NCBI GenBank assembly: GCA_002269645.1
Contig: NIVC01002066.1
Span: 1-64,000 of the forward strand
DNA from: Macrostomum lignano
Taxonomy: Eukaryota
Reading direction: 5' to 3'
Length of the DNA stretch: 64,000 nt
Shown here: positions 13,086 through 25,074 of the stretch, in pieces
Layout of the letters: the number at the start of each line of letters is the position of its first letter
How positions within the stretch are numbered: position 1 is the stretch's first letter
Translations under genes and position numbers: made by a program
Notes under the pieces: model-generated
What the model saw: the letters and a program-made list of their open reading frames with translations, nothing else
Told to the model about the DNA's origin: nothing
Databases searched by the model: none

Positions 13086-13391
13086 AATCTCTTCATCTAA
13101 CAGACTCACCCCCTCTTTCTCCCTCCGTCCCTTCCTTCACCCTCCCCTCTTCTCCTTTCATGCCCCTCTTTTCCCCTCCCCGCTTTCTCACTCCCACTCC
13201 TTCCTCTCTATTTCCCTCCCTCCCTTGCTTCTCACTCTGCCTCTTCCTCCCATCCTCTCTTTTTCCTTCTGTCCCCTCTTTCTCCCAGCCTCGTCTCTCT
13301 TTCTCACTCAGTCCCCCTCTTTCTCCCTTCCTCTCTTTCTCCTTAATTCTTATCCCACTCTTACCATTTCTCATCCTACACCGCTTTCCAG
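13086..13391 (+). promoter_or_regulatory. Long polypyrimidine tract ending in CCGCTTTCCAG, a probable splice acceptor 4 nt before the gene A ATG
   Basis: CT-rich tract; the same CCGCTTTCCAG-N4-ATG arrangement occurs in paralog B. Confidence 0.55.
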
Positions 13392-13395
13392 AAAA

Positions 13396-16300
13396 ATGAG
13401 CCAAAATAAAAGTCTGCATCAGCCCGTCACTACCGGCAACATCACTCAAACTGCTCGACGCGCTGCAAACCATGGGTACTTCAGCGACTTCCTCCAGGCC
13501 ACTTGCACTGCTGCACTCAATGGTCACTTTGAAGACGTCAAGTTTCTCGTCCCACAAATCAATGACCAATCAAACAGGGACACCTGCTGCATCAAAGCTG
13601 CCGAAAAAGCTGCAAACAGTGGTCACTCTGAAATCGTCAAGTTTCTCGTCCCACAAATCAATGACCAATCAAACAGGGACACCTGCTGCATCAAAGCTGC
13701 CGAAAAAGCTGCAAACAGTGGTCACTTTGAAATCGTCAAGTTTCTCGTCCCACAAATCAATGACCAATCGAACAGGGACACCTGCTGCATCAAAGCTGCC
13801 GAAAAAGCTGCAATTCGTGGTCACTTTGAAATCGTCAAATTTCTTGTCCCACAAATCAATGACCAATCAAACAGGGACACCTGCTGCATCAAAGCTGCCG
13901 AAAATGGTGCAATTCGTGGTCACTTTGAAATCGTCAAGTTTCTCGTCCCACAAATCAATGATCAATCAAACAGGGACACCTGCTGCATCAAAGCTGCCGA
14001 AAATGGTGCAATTCGTGGTCACTTTGAAATCATCAAGTTTCTCGTCCCACAAATCAATGATCAATCGAACAGGGACACCTGCTGCATCAAAGCTGCCGAA
14101 AATGGTGCAATTCGTGGTCACTTTGAAATCATCAAGTTTCTCGTCCCACAAATCAATGATCAATCAAACAGGGACACCTGCTGCATCAAAGCTGCCGAAA
14201 ATGGTGCAATTCGTGGTCACTTTGAAATCATCAAGTTTCTCGTCCCACAAATCAATGATCAATCAAACAGGGACACCTGCTGCATCAAAGCTGCCGAAAA
14301 TGGTGCAATTCGTGGTCACTTTGAAATCGTCAAGTTTCTCGTCCCACAAATCAATGACCAATCAAACAGGGACACCTGCTGCATCAAAGCTGCCGAAAAA
14401 GCTGCAATTCGTGGTCACTTTGAAATCGTCAAATTTCTTGTCCCACAAATCAATGACCAATCGAACAGGGACACCTGCTGCATCAAAGCTGCCGAAAATG
14501 GTGCAATTCGTGGTCACTTTGAAATCATCAAGTTTCTCGTCCACAAATCAATGATCAATCAAACAGGGACACCTGCTGCATCAAAGCTGCCGAAAATGGT
14601 GCAATTCGTGGTCACTTTGAAATCATCAAGTTTCTCGTCCCACAAATCAATGACCAATCAAACAGGGACACCTGCTGCATCAAAGCTGCCGAAAATGCTG
14701 CAGACAATGGTCACTTTGAAATCGTTGAGTTTCTCGTCTCACAAATCAATGACCAATCAAACAGGGACACCTGCTGCATCAAAGCTGCCGAAAAAGCTGC
14801 AAACAGTGGTCACTCTGAAATCGTCAAGTTTCTCGTCCCACAAATCAATGACCAATCAAACAGGGACACCTGCTGCATCAAAGCTGCCGAAAAAGCTGCA
14901 AACAGTGGTCACTTTGAAATCGTCAAGTTTCTCGTCCCACAAATCAATGACCAATCAAACAGGGACACCTGCTGCATCAAAGCTGCCGAAAATGGTGCAA
15001 TTCGTGGTCACTTTGAAATCATCAAGTTTCTCGTCCCACAAATCAATGATCAATCAAACAGGGACACCTGCTGCATCAAAGCTGCCGAAAATGGTGCAAT
15101 TCGTGGTCACTTTGAAATCATCAAGTTTCTCGTCCACAAATCAATGATCAATCAAACAGGGACACCTGCTGCATCAAAGCTGCCGAAAATGGTGCAATTC
15201 GTGGTCACTTTGAAATCATCAAGTTTTTCGTCCCACAAATCAATGACCAATCAAACAGGGACACCTGCTGCATTAAAGCTGCCGAAAAGGCTGCAATTCG
15301 TGGTCACTTTGAAATCGTCAAGTTTCTCGTCCCACAAATCAATGACCAATCAAACAGGGACACCTGCTGCATCAAAGCTGCCGAAGAAGCTGCACTCCGT
15401 GGTCACTTTGAAATCGTCAAGTTTCTCGTCCCACAAATCAATGACCAATCAAACAGGGACACCTGCTGTATCAAAGCTGCCGAAAAAGCTGCAGACAATG
15501 ATCACTTTGAATTCTTCAAGTTTCCCGTCCAACAAATCAATGACCAATCAAACGGGGACACCTGCTGCATCAAAGCTGTCGAAGAAGCTGCAGACAGTGT
15601 TCACTTTGAAATCGTCAATTTCCTCGTCCAACAAATCAATGACCAATCAAACAGGGACACCTGCTGCATCAAAGCTGCCGAATATGCTGCAATTCGTGGT
15701 CACTTTGAAATCGTCAAGTTTCTCGTCCAACAAATCAATGACCAATCAAACAGGGACACTTGCTGCATCAAAGCTGCCGAATATGCTGCAATTCGTGGTC
15801 ACTTTGAAATCGTCAAGTTTCTCGTCCCACAAATCAATGACCAATCAAGCAGGGACACCTGCTGCATCAATGCTGCCGAAAAAGCTGCAGTCAAGGGTCA
15901 CTTTGAAATCGCAGAGTTTCTCCTCTCACAAATCAATAACCAATCAAACAGGGACACCTGCTGCATCAAAGCTGCTGAATCTGCTGCACTCCGTGGTCAC
16001 TTTCAAACCGTCCAGTTTCTCGTCCCACTAATCAGTGACCAATCAAACAGAGACACCTGCTGCATCAGTGCTGCCGAAAAAGCTGCAGAATATGGTCACT
16101 TTGAGATCGTCGAGTTTCTCGTCCCACAAATCAATGACCAATCAAACAGGGACACCTGCTGCATCAAAGCTGCCGAATATGCTGTAGACAATGGTCACTT
16201 TGAAATCGTCAAGTTGCTCATCGCGTGTCTCTCAAGTCCAGATCTAAAAGCGAATCTCCGTTTCCAGTACGTAGTCGCAGCTTGCTCTCGTCTTCAGGAA

Positions 16301-19300
16301 AATGTCGTTGCTTCTCTCCGCCTTGAGCCCGAGTGGCTCTTCCAATCCAGCACCATCCTCAGCTTCACTGCAGCAATGGCCATCGAAGGCAGAAACTCCG
16401 TTCTCAACAAAACCCTCTCTCAAATGCAGCCAGCTCAAATCACACAGCTGCTCCGTCTCTCAATCTCTCAAAGACACGTCGCTCTTGCTGTCACGCTGCT
16501 CAATCATGAGCAATTCAGCAGACAGCATGTCGATCTCTCAGACGACAACACAGGAGCCACTGCTCTCATGCTCGCAGCTGATGCAGGTCATCACGAACTC
16601 ATTCACAAACTCATCGATCTCGGTGCGTCAGTGCGTGCTGAAGACAGTCAGGGTCGGACTGCTCTGTCACGAGCGTGCCAAGCCGGTCACGTTCGAGCAG
16701 CCAAGATTCTTATTGACAATGGAGCCGATGCCAGTCATCGAGACAATCAGGGTCTCACGTGTGCGCAGGTGGCACAGCGATTTGAGCAGCGGCAGGTGCT
16801 GCGGCTGCTAAATCCCACCGAGTCAGTTGCCATTTGTCTCTCTACTTGCAATCACTTCGCTACATTACCTCGCAAATCTTTCACACATTCCAGAAACACA
16901 CAGCACCCACAACTAGTTGCTCACCGCCTCCACCCGTGAGTCTGACCGCTTTCACTGCCCCCTGCCTTCCTTGGATTGAGATTGGGCCACTGCAATTTTT
17001 AAATCCGCCTCCACTGACTGCACCTGCACTCTGACCTCTCCTGCTCCACAAACTCGCATCCTTCCAGACTCTCAGACGAGGAGCTGCATCGACTGCTCAG
17101 CGAGGCGGGATTCACCGAGCAGAGAGCAAAGTGTCAGCAGAGACTGGCTAACTGGCTGGAAGAAGTCGCTCGAGTCCTCACACAGGATGACTATCGCAGG
17201 CAGATGACGGGCAGCTACGCAGAGGGCTGGGCCAACAGTCTGGTGCAAGTGAACGGCAGGACAGCTGCAGACTCGGACATTGACTGGACTGTGCTGGTTC
17301 CTGGGCAGCAGTTCCATCTGGAAGGTGGCTGCAATGGACGAAAGAGTCGGCAGGATTCATGCAAAGACGCCACTCCGCTGCAGGTCAATGAGGGCCACGC
17401 ACAGGTGCCAGTCGGAGCAGGTCAGTGACGCTGGGCTCACTATCAAAGTCCAAAACTCTGTTCAATTTTTATTCGATACGGAGTGCTTGAACTTCAGAGT
17501 TCACAAGTTCAACCGGAGTTTGAGTCCGTTCTAAAATGCGATTCAGCACTCATTTCGCATTAAATTGAAATTCTTGCAATTGCACCGCCTCAGCATTTCG
17601 GAGGTTATATCAAATAATTATTTAGGAATGGTATGCACACAGTATAAAAACTCTTAAAATACGCAAGTTGTTAAATCCTGATCTGAAAGAAAGTAAAATC
17701 CAATATACTAAGAAAGATTTTTTACCATGAACTCCATGAAGCAATTAGCATTTCAACGAATACATAGCTTTATTCATTAATTACAGTAGTAGCACTGACA
17801 CAAAAACAGAACGAAATCAACTAACACATTCAAGCAGTTTTAAAACAACCAACGTTTTTCACTCGCCACAAAGCGAATCTCTGCTCACTGCGCTCTGCAG
17901 GCAGCCAACCTGCAGTGACAGCCACGGCATACGGTGTGCGGCCTGCACAGGACACGTGCCAAGCGATCCACTGCTGCAGCAGTTTCTGTGAGGACAGAAT
18001 TAAAAAACTTTTTCAATTACCTGGATTTGTTCACCTCGTTCAAGCGACCAGACCGAGCTCGACCAACGAGCTCAGAGTGAGTTTCAGCTTCCAAGAAAAA
18101 GACATCATGAGACGGCTGAGCACAGTCCAGGGCCAGCTGTTCACACTCATCAAGTTCATCTTCAAGAGACACTTGCCGCTCACTCTGGACACACCTGGAC
18201 TCAAGACCTACCATGCAAAGTCTCTGCTATTCTTCATGCTGGAGAAGCATGGCACAGATCCTTCGATTGAAACTTGGCAGCCCCACAATCTGATCGCTCT
18301 GCTCAACGAGTCTCTCGACATGATGCTGAGCTTCATCGACTCGAGCAGCAGCTCGCCCGATGAGTGCATGCCGCACTTCTTCATGCCCGACGCTCCGCTC
18401 TACTTCAAGAACGCTGGAATCGGCGGCGACTTCGACAACACGAAGGCGAGGGTTCGAGACCGACTTTGTGAGCTGAGAAGCGACATCGGCGGAGTGGTCG
18501 AGCAGCTGAGGAGACTCGTGAGACCTCTGCAGTCAGAGAAGTTCTACTTTCACCCGTTCACTCTGCTCCCTCTGACAGCGCCGCCTGCTGTCACGGAGAT
18601 CAGGAAAGGAAGTGATTGCTATCCAGAAATTCACTCCAAGTTCGCAGACGTGTACAGTCTGTTGCACCAGTGTGTGGGCGAGCTGCAGTCTGAATCGAGC
18701 GACAGAGACACCCTGATGAGGCAGCTCAGTCTCCTGCATCATCATCGGCTGCAGTGGTGCAAGTGCGCCGCCCTGTGCATGACCGCCATGGCGCATTTGA
18801 AGTTCGGAGAATCTAAGGAGGCTGAGAGACTCGCGATGGAGCTGCAGAGACATCAGGTTGAGTCAGGGTTGAAGCCACATTATATTCGAGAAGAGTGGTA
18901 CATTCCAAAACTGCCAGAAGACTCAGACTGGGCGTGGAGGTTCTGCCTCCCCTGCGACTCTCCGCCTCGCTTCCCATTCCTTCCCGAGTTCACGCAGACT
19001 CTGTTCACAGCCAGACTGTCGCAGCCTCTCTCCTCCCACCTGTACGTGAACTTCCGCTGCCTGAGCTGGAGTCTCCAAGCTGAGCTGCTCCGCAATCGCG
19101 CACCTGCAATCGCATTCGATCATTGGATTGAACAGCTGCTTGGAGACCCGGACTTGGAGGAGCTGCTCACTCTGGCTCACTACAGCGACTGCCGCGAGCA
19201 CGTGGAGCTCAGCCTGCAGCAGATGGAGATGATCGAGAAAGAGAGACGCGTCGCCATGGAGACGCAGGACGAGGAGAAGATCGGCTGGGTCAGGGAAAAG

Positions 19301-19381
19301 CTGGAGATACTTGATGCAGCCGGAGTTCTCAAAGCCGCGTCGCAAAGTCGAGGTCGGAAAAGGAAGGCTGAGTCAGACTGA
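13396..19381 (+). CDS. Ankyrin-repeat / Mab-21 (cGAS-like receptor, cGLR) nucleotidyltransferase, copy A. Exons ~13396-16821, 17068-17420, 17901-19381. Two 1-bp deletions (~14541, ~15134) frameshift the ANK array, so this is a possible pseudogene or assembly error; ~1750 aa if corrected
   Basis: 28 AxxGHFEIVKFLV cores, then 3 canonical ANKs (GATALMLAADAGH, GRTALSRACQAGH). NTase signature GSYAEG...DSDID in exon 2; a likely third Asp (QDTCQAI) and Mab-21 motifs LRVSFSFQEK, LKTYHAKSLLFF, MPHFFMP in exon 3. GT..AG introns with compatible phases. The exon 1/2 junction has an alternative same-phase donor at 16936. Confidence 0.8.
13520..16215 (+). repeat. Coding 99-bp tandem array (33-aa ankyrin unit, 28 cores)
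   Basis: GGTCAC cores spaced 99 bp apart from 13525 to 16196, minus 2 nt for the two deletions. Confidence 0.95.
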
Positions 19382-19504
19382 CTGCCTGATGCAGTGTTCG
19401 ATGCTGATACAAATTTCATGTACTTTAGACTTTTAAATCAAACTGTTTATTCTGGCGCATGCTGACTTGATGGGATTCTGCTGGTTCTGCATGAAAACAC
19501 CTCC

Positions 19505-20000
19505 ACATGCTGTTGGATTGTCTGTGCATGCCGTTGGATTGTCTGTGCATGCCGTTGGATTGTCTGTGCATGCCGTTGGATTGTCTGTACATGCTGTTGG
19601 ATTGTCTGTGCATGCCGTTGGATTGTCTGTACATGCTGTTGGATTGTCTGTACATGCTGTTGAATTGTCTGTACATGCTGTTGGATTGTCTGTACATGCT
19701 GTTGGATTGTCTGTACCTGCTGTTGAATTGTCTGTACATGCTGTTGGATTGTCTGTACATGCTGTTGGATTGTCTGTACATGCTGTTGGATTGTCTGTAC
19801 ATGCTGTTGAATTGTCTGTACATGCTGTTGGATTGTCTGTACATGCTGTTGGATTGTCTGTACATGCTGTTGGATTGTCTGTACATGCTGTTGGATTGTC
19901 TGTGCATGCTGTTGGATTGTCTGTGCATGCCGTTGGATTGTCTGTACATGCTGTTGGGTTGTCTGTAAATGCTGTTGAACTGTCTGTACATGCTGTTGGG
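19505..20000. repeat. 21-bp minisatellite (GCTGTTGGATTGTCTGTACAT), ~23 copies, 3' of gene A
   Basis: Direct reading; the source of the spurious ORFs at 19425-20117; absent downstream of paralog B. Confidence 0.95.
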
Positions 20001-20516
20001 TTGTCTTTACATGATGTTGGATCAATGTCTATAGTTTTTTCTTTTGCTGATTCTGTTGCCTGTTTAGGAAATGAGCAGGTCCAAAGCCATCGAGTGCCAG
20101 CAGCCCTCCTGCTATGAACTGCAGTTTTGTATATTTGCGCTGCAATTCAATTCACACTGCATGCTGAATTGCTTTTTCCGTTCAAACTGCGTGTCTGCTT
20201 TGATGCGGGCTTTTCTCTGCAGTTTTGTTCTGCGGACTTCAATACCCGATTGCCAATGCTGTTTAATGAAAATATTCAAGCCAAATTTACAGGTAGCAGT
20301 TGTCTGCATGAAACTGAAAAACTAAAAGGTCGGCTGGGTCAGGAAGAAGCTGGCGAGTTGAACTCAGAATTTTGTAAGCTTCTCTGGCTTTTGTGGGAGC
20401 TGTTTGAGATATTTTGCTATAGATATCTTATAAATATTTTGTGTTTTGTGGCTTAAAACATTGTGTGTACATGCTCCTGGTTTATTTAAGAACCTGCTCT
20501 CAGAATGAATATTGAG

Positions 20517-20809
20517 TTACTGACAGGCTGACAGCTCCCTCATGAACATTCAGTGACTGACAGCCTGACAGCTCCCTCATGAGCATTCAGTGACTGACAG
20601 CCTGACAGCTCCCTCATGAACATTCAGTGACTGACAGCCTGACAGCTCCCTCATGAGCATTCAGTGACTGACAGCCTGACAGCTCTCTCATGAACATTCA
20701 GTGACTGACAGGCTGACAGCTCCCTCATGAACATTCAGTGACTGACAGGCTGACAGCTCCCTCATGAACATTCAGTGACTGACAGCCTGACAGCTCCCTC
20801 ATGAACATT
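20517..20809. repeat. 37-bp minisatellite (TGACTGACAGCCTGACAGCTCCCTCATGAACATTCAG), ~8 copies
   Basis: Period 37; same family as 34268-35264. Confidence 0.95.
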
Positions 20810-21104
20810 ACCTAAAATTCCATTATTTTATCAATTGCTGTTTCATAATATTTCATGTAGCTTTGTTAAAATACACTCGTAGTACATGTATGTTTGCTTG
20901 CCTTTTCCAGGTCGCCATTAAATTTGAAAAATAATGGAAGAGTTTGTGCATGGTTTCTCGAACTCACTGTAGTGTGAGCACCTTTTGTGTAATTTCTGAA
21001 TTCTATTAGTTAGTAGCTTCTGTATTATTGTTGATAATTATTGTATTTTGCTTTAATTTAGTCACGTCTTCAATGTACTTTTCTTGTTAGTTAGAATCAA
21101 TTTT

Positions 21105-22155
21105 GTGTAAACAGGTTAGAAGTCAGACACCAATTGTGACTCTCTCAATTGTGAGTTTTTCTGCGAACCCCAGCTTTGCGCGGTCAGCCAATCAGAACCG
21201 GCCTGGACCCTGGCACGCGGCAAAATCCAAGTCTACCCGGCGCCGCGGGCACAGTGCAAATCAGCTTAGCGAGCGGCCGGCCAGACGACGACCACCCGGC
21301 TTGAGGGGGGTTTTGAGGGGTTTGACTCTGACTATATATGAAAGTGTGTTTTGGCAATCGGATCTCACTTTTCTCTCTCTCTCTTTCCCCGGCCTTGGTT
21401 TTGTTCCGGCTTCCCGGCCGTTTTGCCTAGTTTTGGTTCGCGCTTTGAGGCGCCTGAGTTCGTCACCCCGGTCCGTGTTTTGCTTCCCTGCCCGACCGCT
21501 TCAGTCTTGTAGCGTAACGTCTACGGCAAATTTCTGTCTGAAGTCGTCGCTATTAAGCGCGGTCTAGTTAGAGACTGTCGGATTTGACCAAGTACGTGGC
21601 CTCGACCCAGAGGGCCTCAGTGTCACACTGAAGGGCAGCGCTGATAGAATTTAGTCAGTGCTCCGTTGAACGGTCAATTCGGCAGGGCTCTCGTTTGAGT
21701 GTAGGTTCTGGTTTAGGCCAGGGGTTAGGAGTCTTCTCCGTGCTCCCGTGTTCGGTTCCTCTTCTTCCTCAGCTGAGATCCGCTTGCCAGTTGCGTAACT
21801 AATTATTACTAATCGTTGTATCGTTATTATTGTTCGTTCAAATCATCTGCGCCGCGAATCGCATTGAATTTTGTAACTTTATTAAATCTAATTAAATCGT
21901 CAAGTCAATCAAAATTAGTCATTCTTGCTAGGATTATCACTCTCTAAATCCGTTCGGTTCGTCTTCTCCTGCGTTCTTTCTTTTCCGGTACTGTACCTGC
22001 GGCTATTGGAGAAAGACTGGTAGGACTCGCCGACCGGCGATAGGCGATTAGGGCCAATAGTTTTAAAATCTCCGAACGCTCCAAGTAGGTTTGTCTAGTA
22101 GGGCCTAAATAGTTGCTTATCGTGCATGCTATATACATTTATTGTATCTATCACA
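21105..22155 (+). mobile_element. Possible solo LTR
   Basis: TGT...ACA candidate ends, CCAAT and TATA-like motifs followed by a CT-rich segment and ATTAAA. No TSD identified. Confidence 0.25.
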
Positions 22156-22574
22156 TCACCCTTTGAGTTATCCGCCCCACAATGCTGCCTTCAAAGTGCC
22201 GCGTGCTGAGAGCTTTCACGATTTTAAAGTTAACAAATCAAAATTCCTGAATACAACATGAGAATCCTACAGTTGATCACCTGCAAGATCCCTGCAGACA
22301 AAAATAAAAGTACAAACGGCTGCTAGGCCACAATAACATCAAAGGTCAGCCGGCACCTCCTCAGCCAGCAGGCAGTCGCAGAATCGCCGGTGGCTGCCTG
22401 CAGCGCCAGCAGCGGCACCTCCTGAACTTCCGGCTGTGGGTGGCCGCTCGGCTCTGCAGCATCTGCAGTGCAGCAGCCGCCTCGGCCTGCGATTCGAGCC
22501 ACTCCGCCAGCGTCCAGGTCTCGGCTTGCCTGGAGCTGCGCCGCCCTCTGACGGTCAGGCAGGGACTGCAGGAC

Positions 22575-22757
22575 CGCCCTCACACAGCCACAGGCAGCCC
22601 TCACACAGCCACAGGCAGCCCTCACAGCCAAAGGCAGCCCTCACACAGCCACAGGCAGCCCTCACACAGCCACAGGCAGCCCTCACACAGCCACAGGCAG
22701 CCCTCACACAGCCACAGGCAGCCCTCACACAGCCACAGGCAGCCCTCACACAGCCAA
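22575..22757. repeat. 21-bp minisatellite (GCCCTCACACAGCCACAGGCA), ~9 copies
   Basis: Direct reading. Confidence 0.9.
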
Positions 22758-22857
22758 ACGTAACCCTTAGTACCCAGCCCGGAGAGGAACTCCACGAGCA
22801 CAAAGAGGAACGTAGAGGTTGGCGAGAGCACAGAGCTCTCTAGGAAATAGACAGCCA

Positions 22858-24140
22858 CCTGATCCCACACCCTATCTGATCCCACACCTATCTGATCCCA
22901 CACCCTATATGATCCCACACATATCTGATCCCACACCCTATCTGATCCCACACCTATCTGATCCCACACCCTATATGATCCCACACATATCTGATCCCAC
23001 ACCCTATCTGATCCCACACCCTATCTGATCCCACACATATCTGATCCCACACCCTATCTGATCCCACACCCTATCTGATCCCACACCCTATCTGATCCCA
23101 CACCCTATCTGATCCCACACCCTATCTGATCCCACACCCTATCTGATCCCACACCCTATCTGATCCCACACCCTATCTGATCCCACACCCTATCTGATCC
23201 CACACCCTATCTGATCCCACACCCTATCTGATCCCACACCCTATCTGATATCTGATCCCACACCCTATCTGATCCCACACCCTATCTGATCCCACACCCA
23301 ATCTGATCCCACACCCAATCTGATCCCACACCCTATGTGATCCCACACCCTATGTGATCCCACACCCTATCTGATCCCACACCCTATCTGATCCCACACC
23401 CTATCTGATCCCACACCCAATCTGATCCCACACCCTATCTGATCCCACACCCTATCTGATTCCACACCCTATCTGATCCCACACCCTATCTGATCCCACA
23501 CCCTATCTGATCCCACACCCTATGTGATCCCACACCCTATCTGATCCCACACCCTATCTGATCCCACACCCTATGCGATCCCACACCCTATCTGATCCCA
23601 CACCCTATCTGATCCCACACCCTATCTGATCCCACACATATCTGATCCCACACCCTATCTGATCCCACACCCTATCTGATCCCACACCCTATCTGATCCC
23701 ACACCCTATCTGATCCCACACCCTATCTGATCCCACACCCTATCTGATCCCACACCCTATCTGATCCCACACCCTATCTGATCCCACACCCTATCTGATC
23801 CCACACCCTATGTGATCCCACACCCTATGTGATCCCACACCCTATCTGATCCCACACCCTATCTGATCCCACACCCTATCTGATCCCACACCCTATGTGA
23901 TCCCACACCCTATGTGATCCCACACCCTATCTGATCCCACACCCTATCTGATCCCACACCCTATCTGATCCCACACCCTATCTGATCCCACACCCTATCT
24001 GATCCCACACCCTATCTGATTCCACACCCTATCTGATCCCACACCCTATCTGATCCCACACCCTATCTGATCCCACACCCTATCTGATCCCACACCCTAT
24101 CTGATCCCACACCCTATCTGATCCCACACCCTATCTGATC
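22858..24140. repeat. 17-bp minisatellite (CTGATCCCACACCCTAT), ~75 copies
   Basis: Direct reading; mixed 16/17-bp units at the 5' end. Confidence 0.95.
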
Positions 24141-24559
24141 CCTCTCCCGCCTCTCATTTTCCGTCGTCTCCACCTCTGAACGCAATGACTACTTCATTGA
24201 TTGTATGACAATACTGGCTGAAGGATAAAGTGTAGTTTAAAAAGTTTTTTGGCACGGATTTCTAATTATTGTAAAGATTTTTTCCGCTCTTTGTCGAAAA
24301 AGTGAATTTATTCTATTTATTATTCTTAAAAGCTATTTTAATCTGCAAGTATCATGAGTCTCTCAATAGAGTTATTTACATCAATGGCGACACCAGCTAC
24401 CAGCTTGTACAGTAAAATATCCTCCAGACAGAACCCATTGCGGGCGAAGGATGATCTCAGGAAGCTGTAAGCAGGCAAATCCTGCAGCTGCCCATGCGAG
24501 TCGGTCGGGATCGCACATTCGAGGCTCGGCCAGCCTGTCCAAGGATGGCCGAAGTGCAA

Positions 24560-24850
24560 AAAATGGACGATCTGAAAAATGGCATCAGAGCTGCAGCCGC
24601 TACCGATGTCACTGTGAAGGCAACTGCAGCGCACACGCAACTGCGGCATCCCAGACCGAAACGCCTCTGAGCAGTGCCGCATCTGCGGTGCATGGCGGGC
24701 CACCAAGGCGGCCGTCAACTCGCACAGCCGCCGCCTGCACAAGGAGGCCCGAGAGCTGCAGAAGCTGAGTAGCGGGTCGCTGATGAGGCAGCCGATGCAC
24801 GGAAGCTGGCAAAAGAAATTGCTGTCGAGCTCTGCGGCTGGCTGAAGGCA
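24560..24850 (+). pseudogene. Degenerate Cys/His-rich coding fragment with a C2H2-like finger (CRIC-x12-H-x4-H), probably transposon-derived
   Basis: Translation EQCRICGAWRATKAAVNSHSRRLH in a frame broken by frameshifts and stops. Confidence 0.3.
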
Positions 24851-25074
24851 TTCAGATCTGATGTCAAGATGCCAAAGTCCTTCAGGCGCACCTGGCAAAG
24901 CTGATGACCGAGCTGCGGTTCGTCCATTTCAAATCTCATCTTGGAGTGCAGCAGGCGTCCGTTCGGCTGATTTCTAGACGATCTGAAGCGCTGCCCTCTG
25001 AAGCAAAACAGCTTCAGCTTTGGGGAAAGTCGGACGATTTCTAAGAATGTTTGGACGAAATCGTCACTGAAGAG

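Noticed and set aside
13472-16031. Long S/T/K-rich repeat ORFs (13472-14554, 15144-16031) and antisense ORFs
   Set aside because: These are alternative frames of the ankyrin array, not independent genes
13520-16215. TAL-effector-like DNA-binding repeat
   Set aside because: The 33-aa period and variable residue pairs are reminiscent, but the sequence (AAxxGHxEIVKFL) is ankyrin, not TALE
19425-20117. Four overlapping ORFs (Gln-rich, Cys/Leu-rich, etc.)
   Set aside because: Produced by a 21-bp repeat that lacks stops in several frames; absent from the paralogous locus
22323-23028. Gln/Pro/Ala/His repeat ORFs
   Set aside because: Derived from the 21-bp and 17-bp arrays
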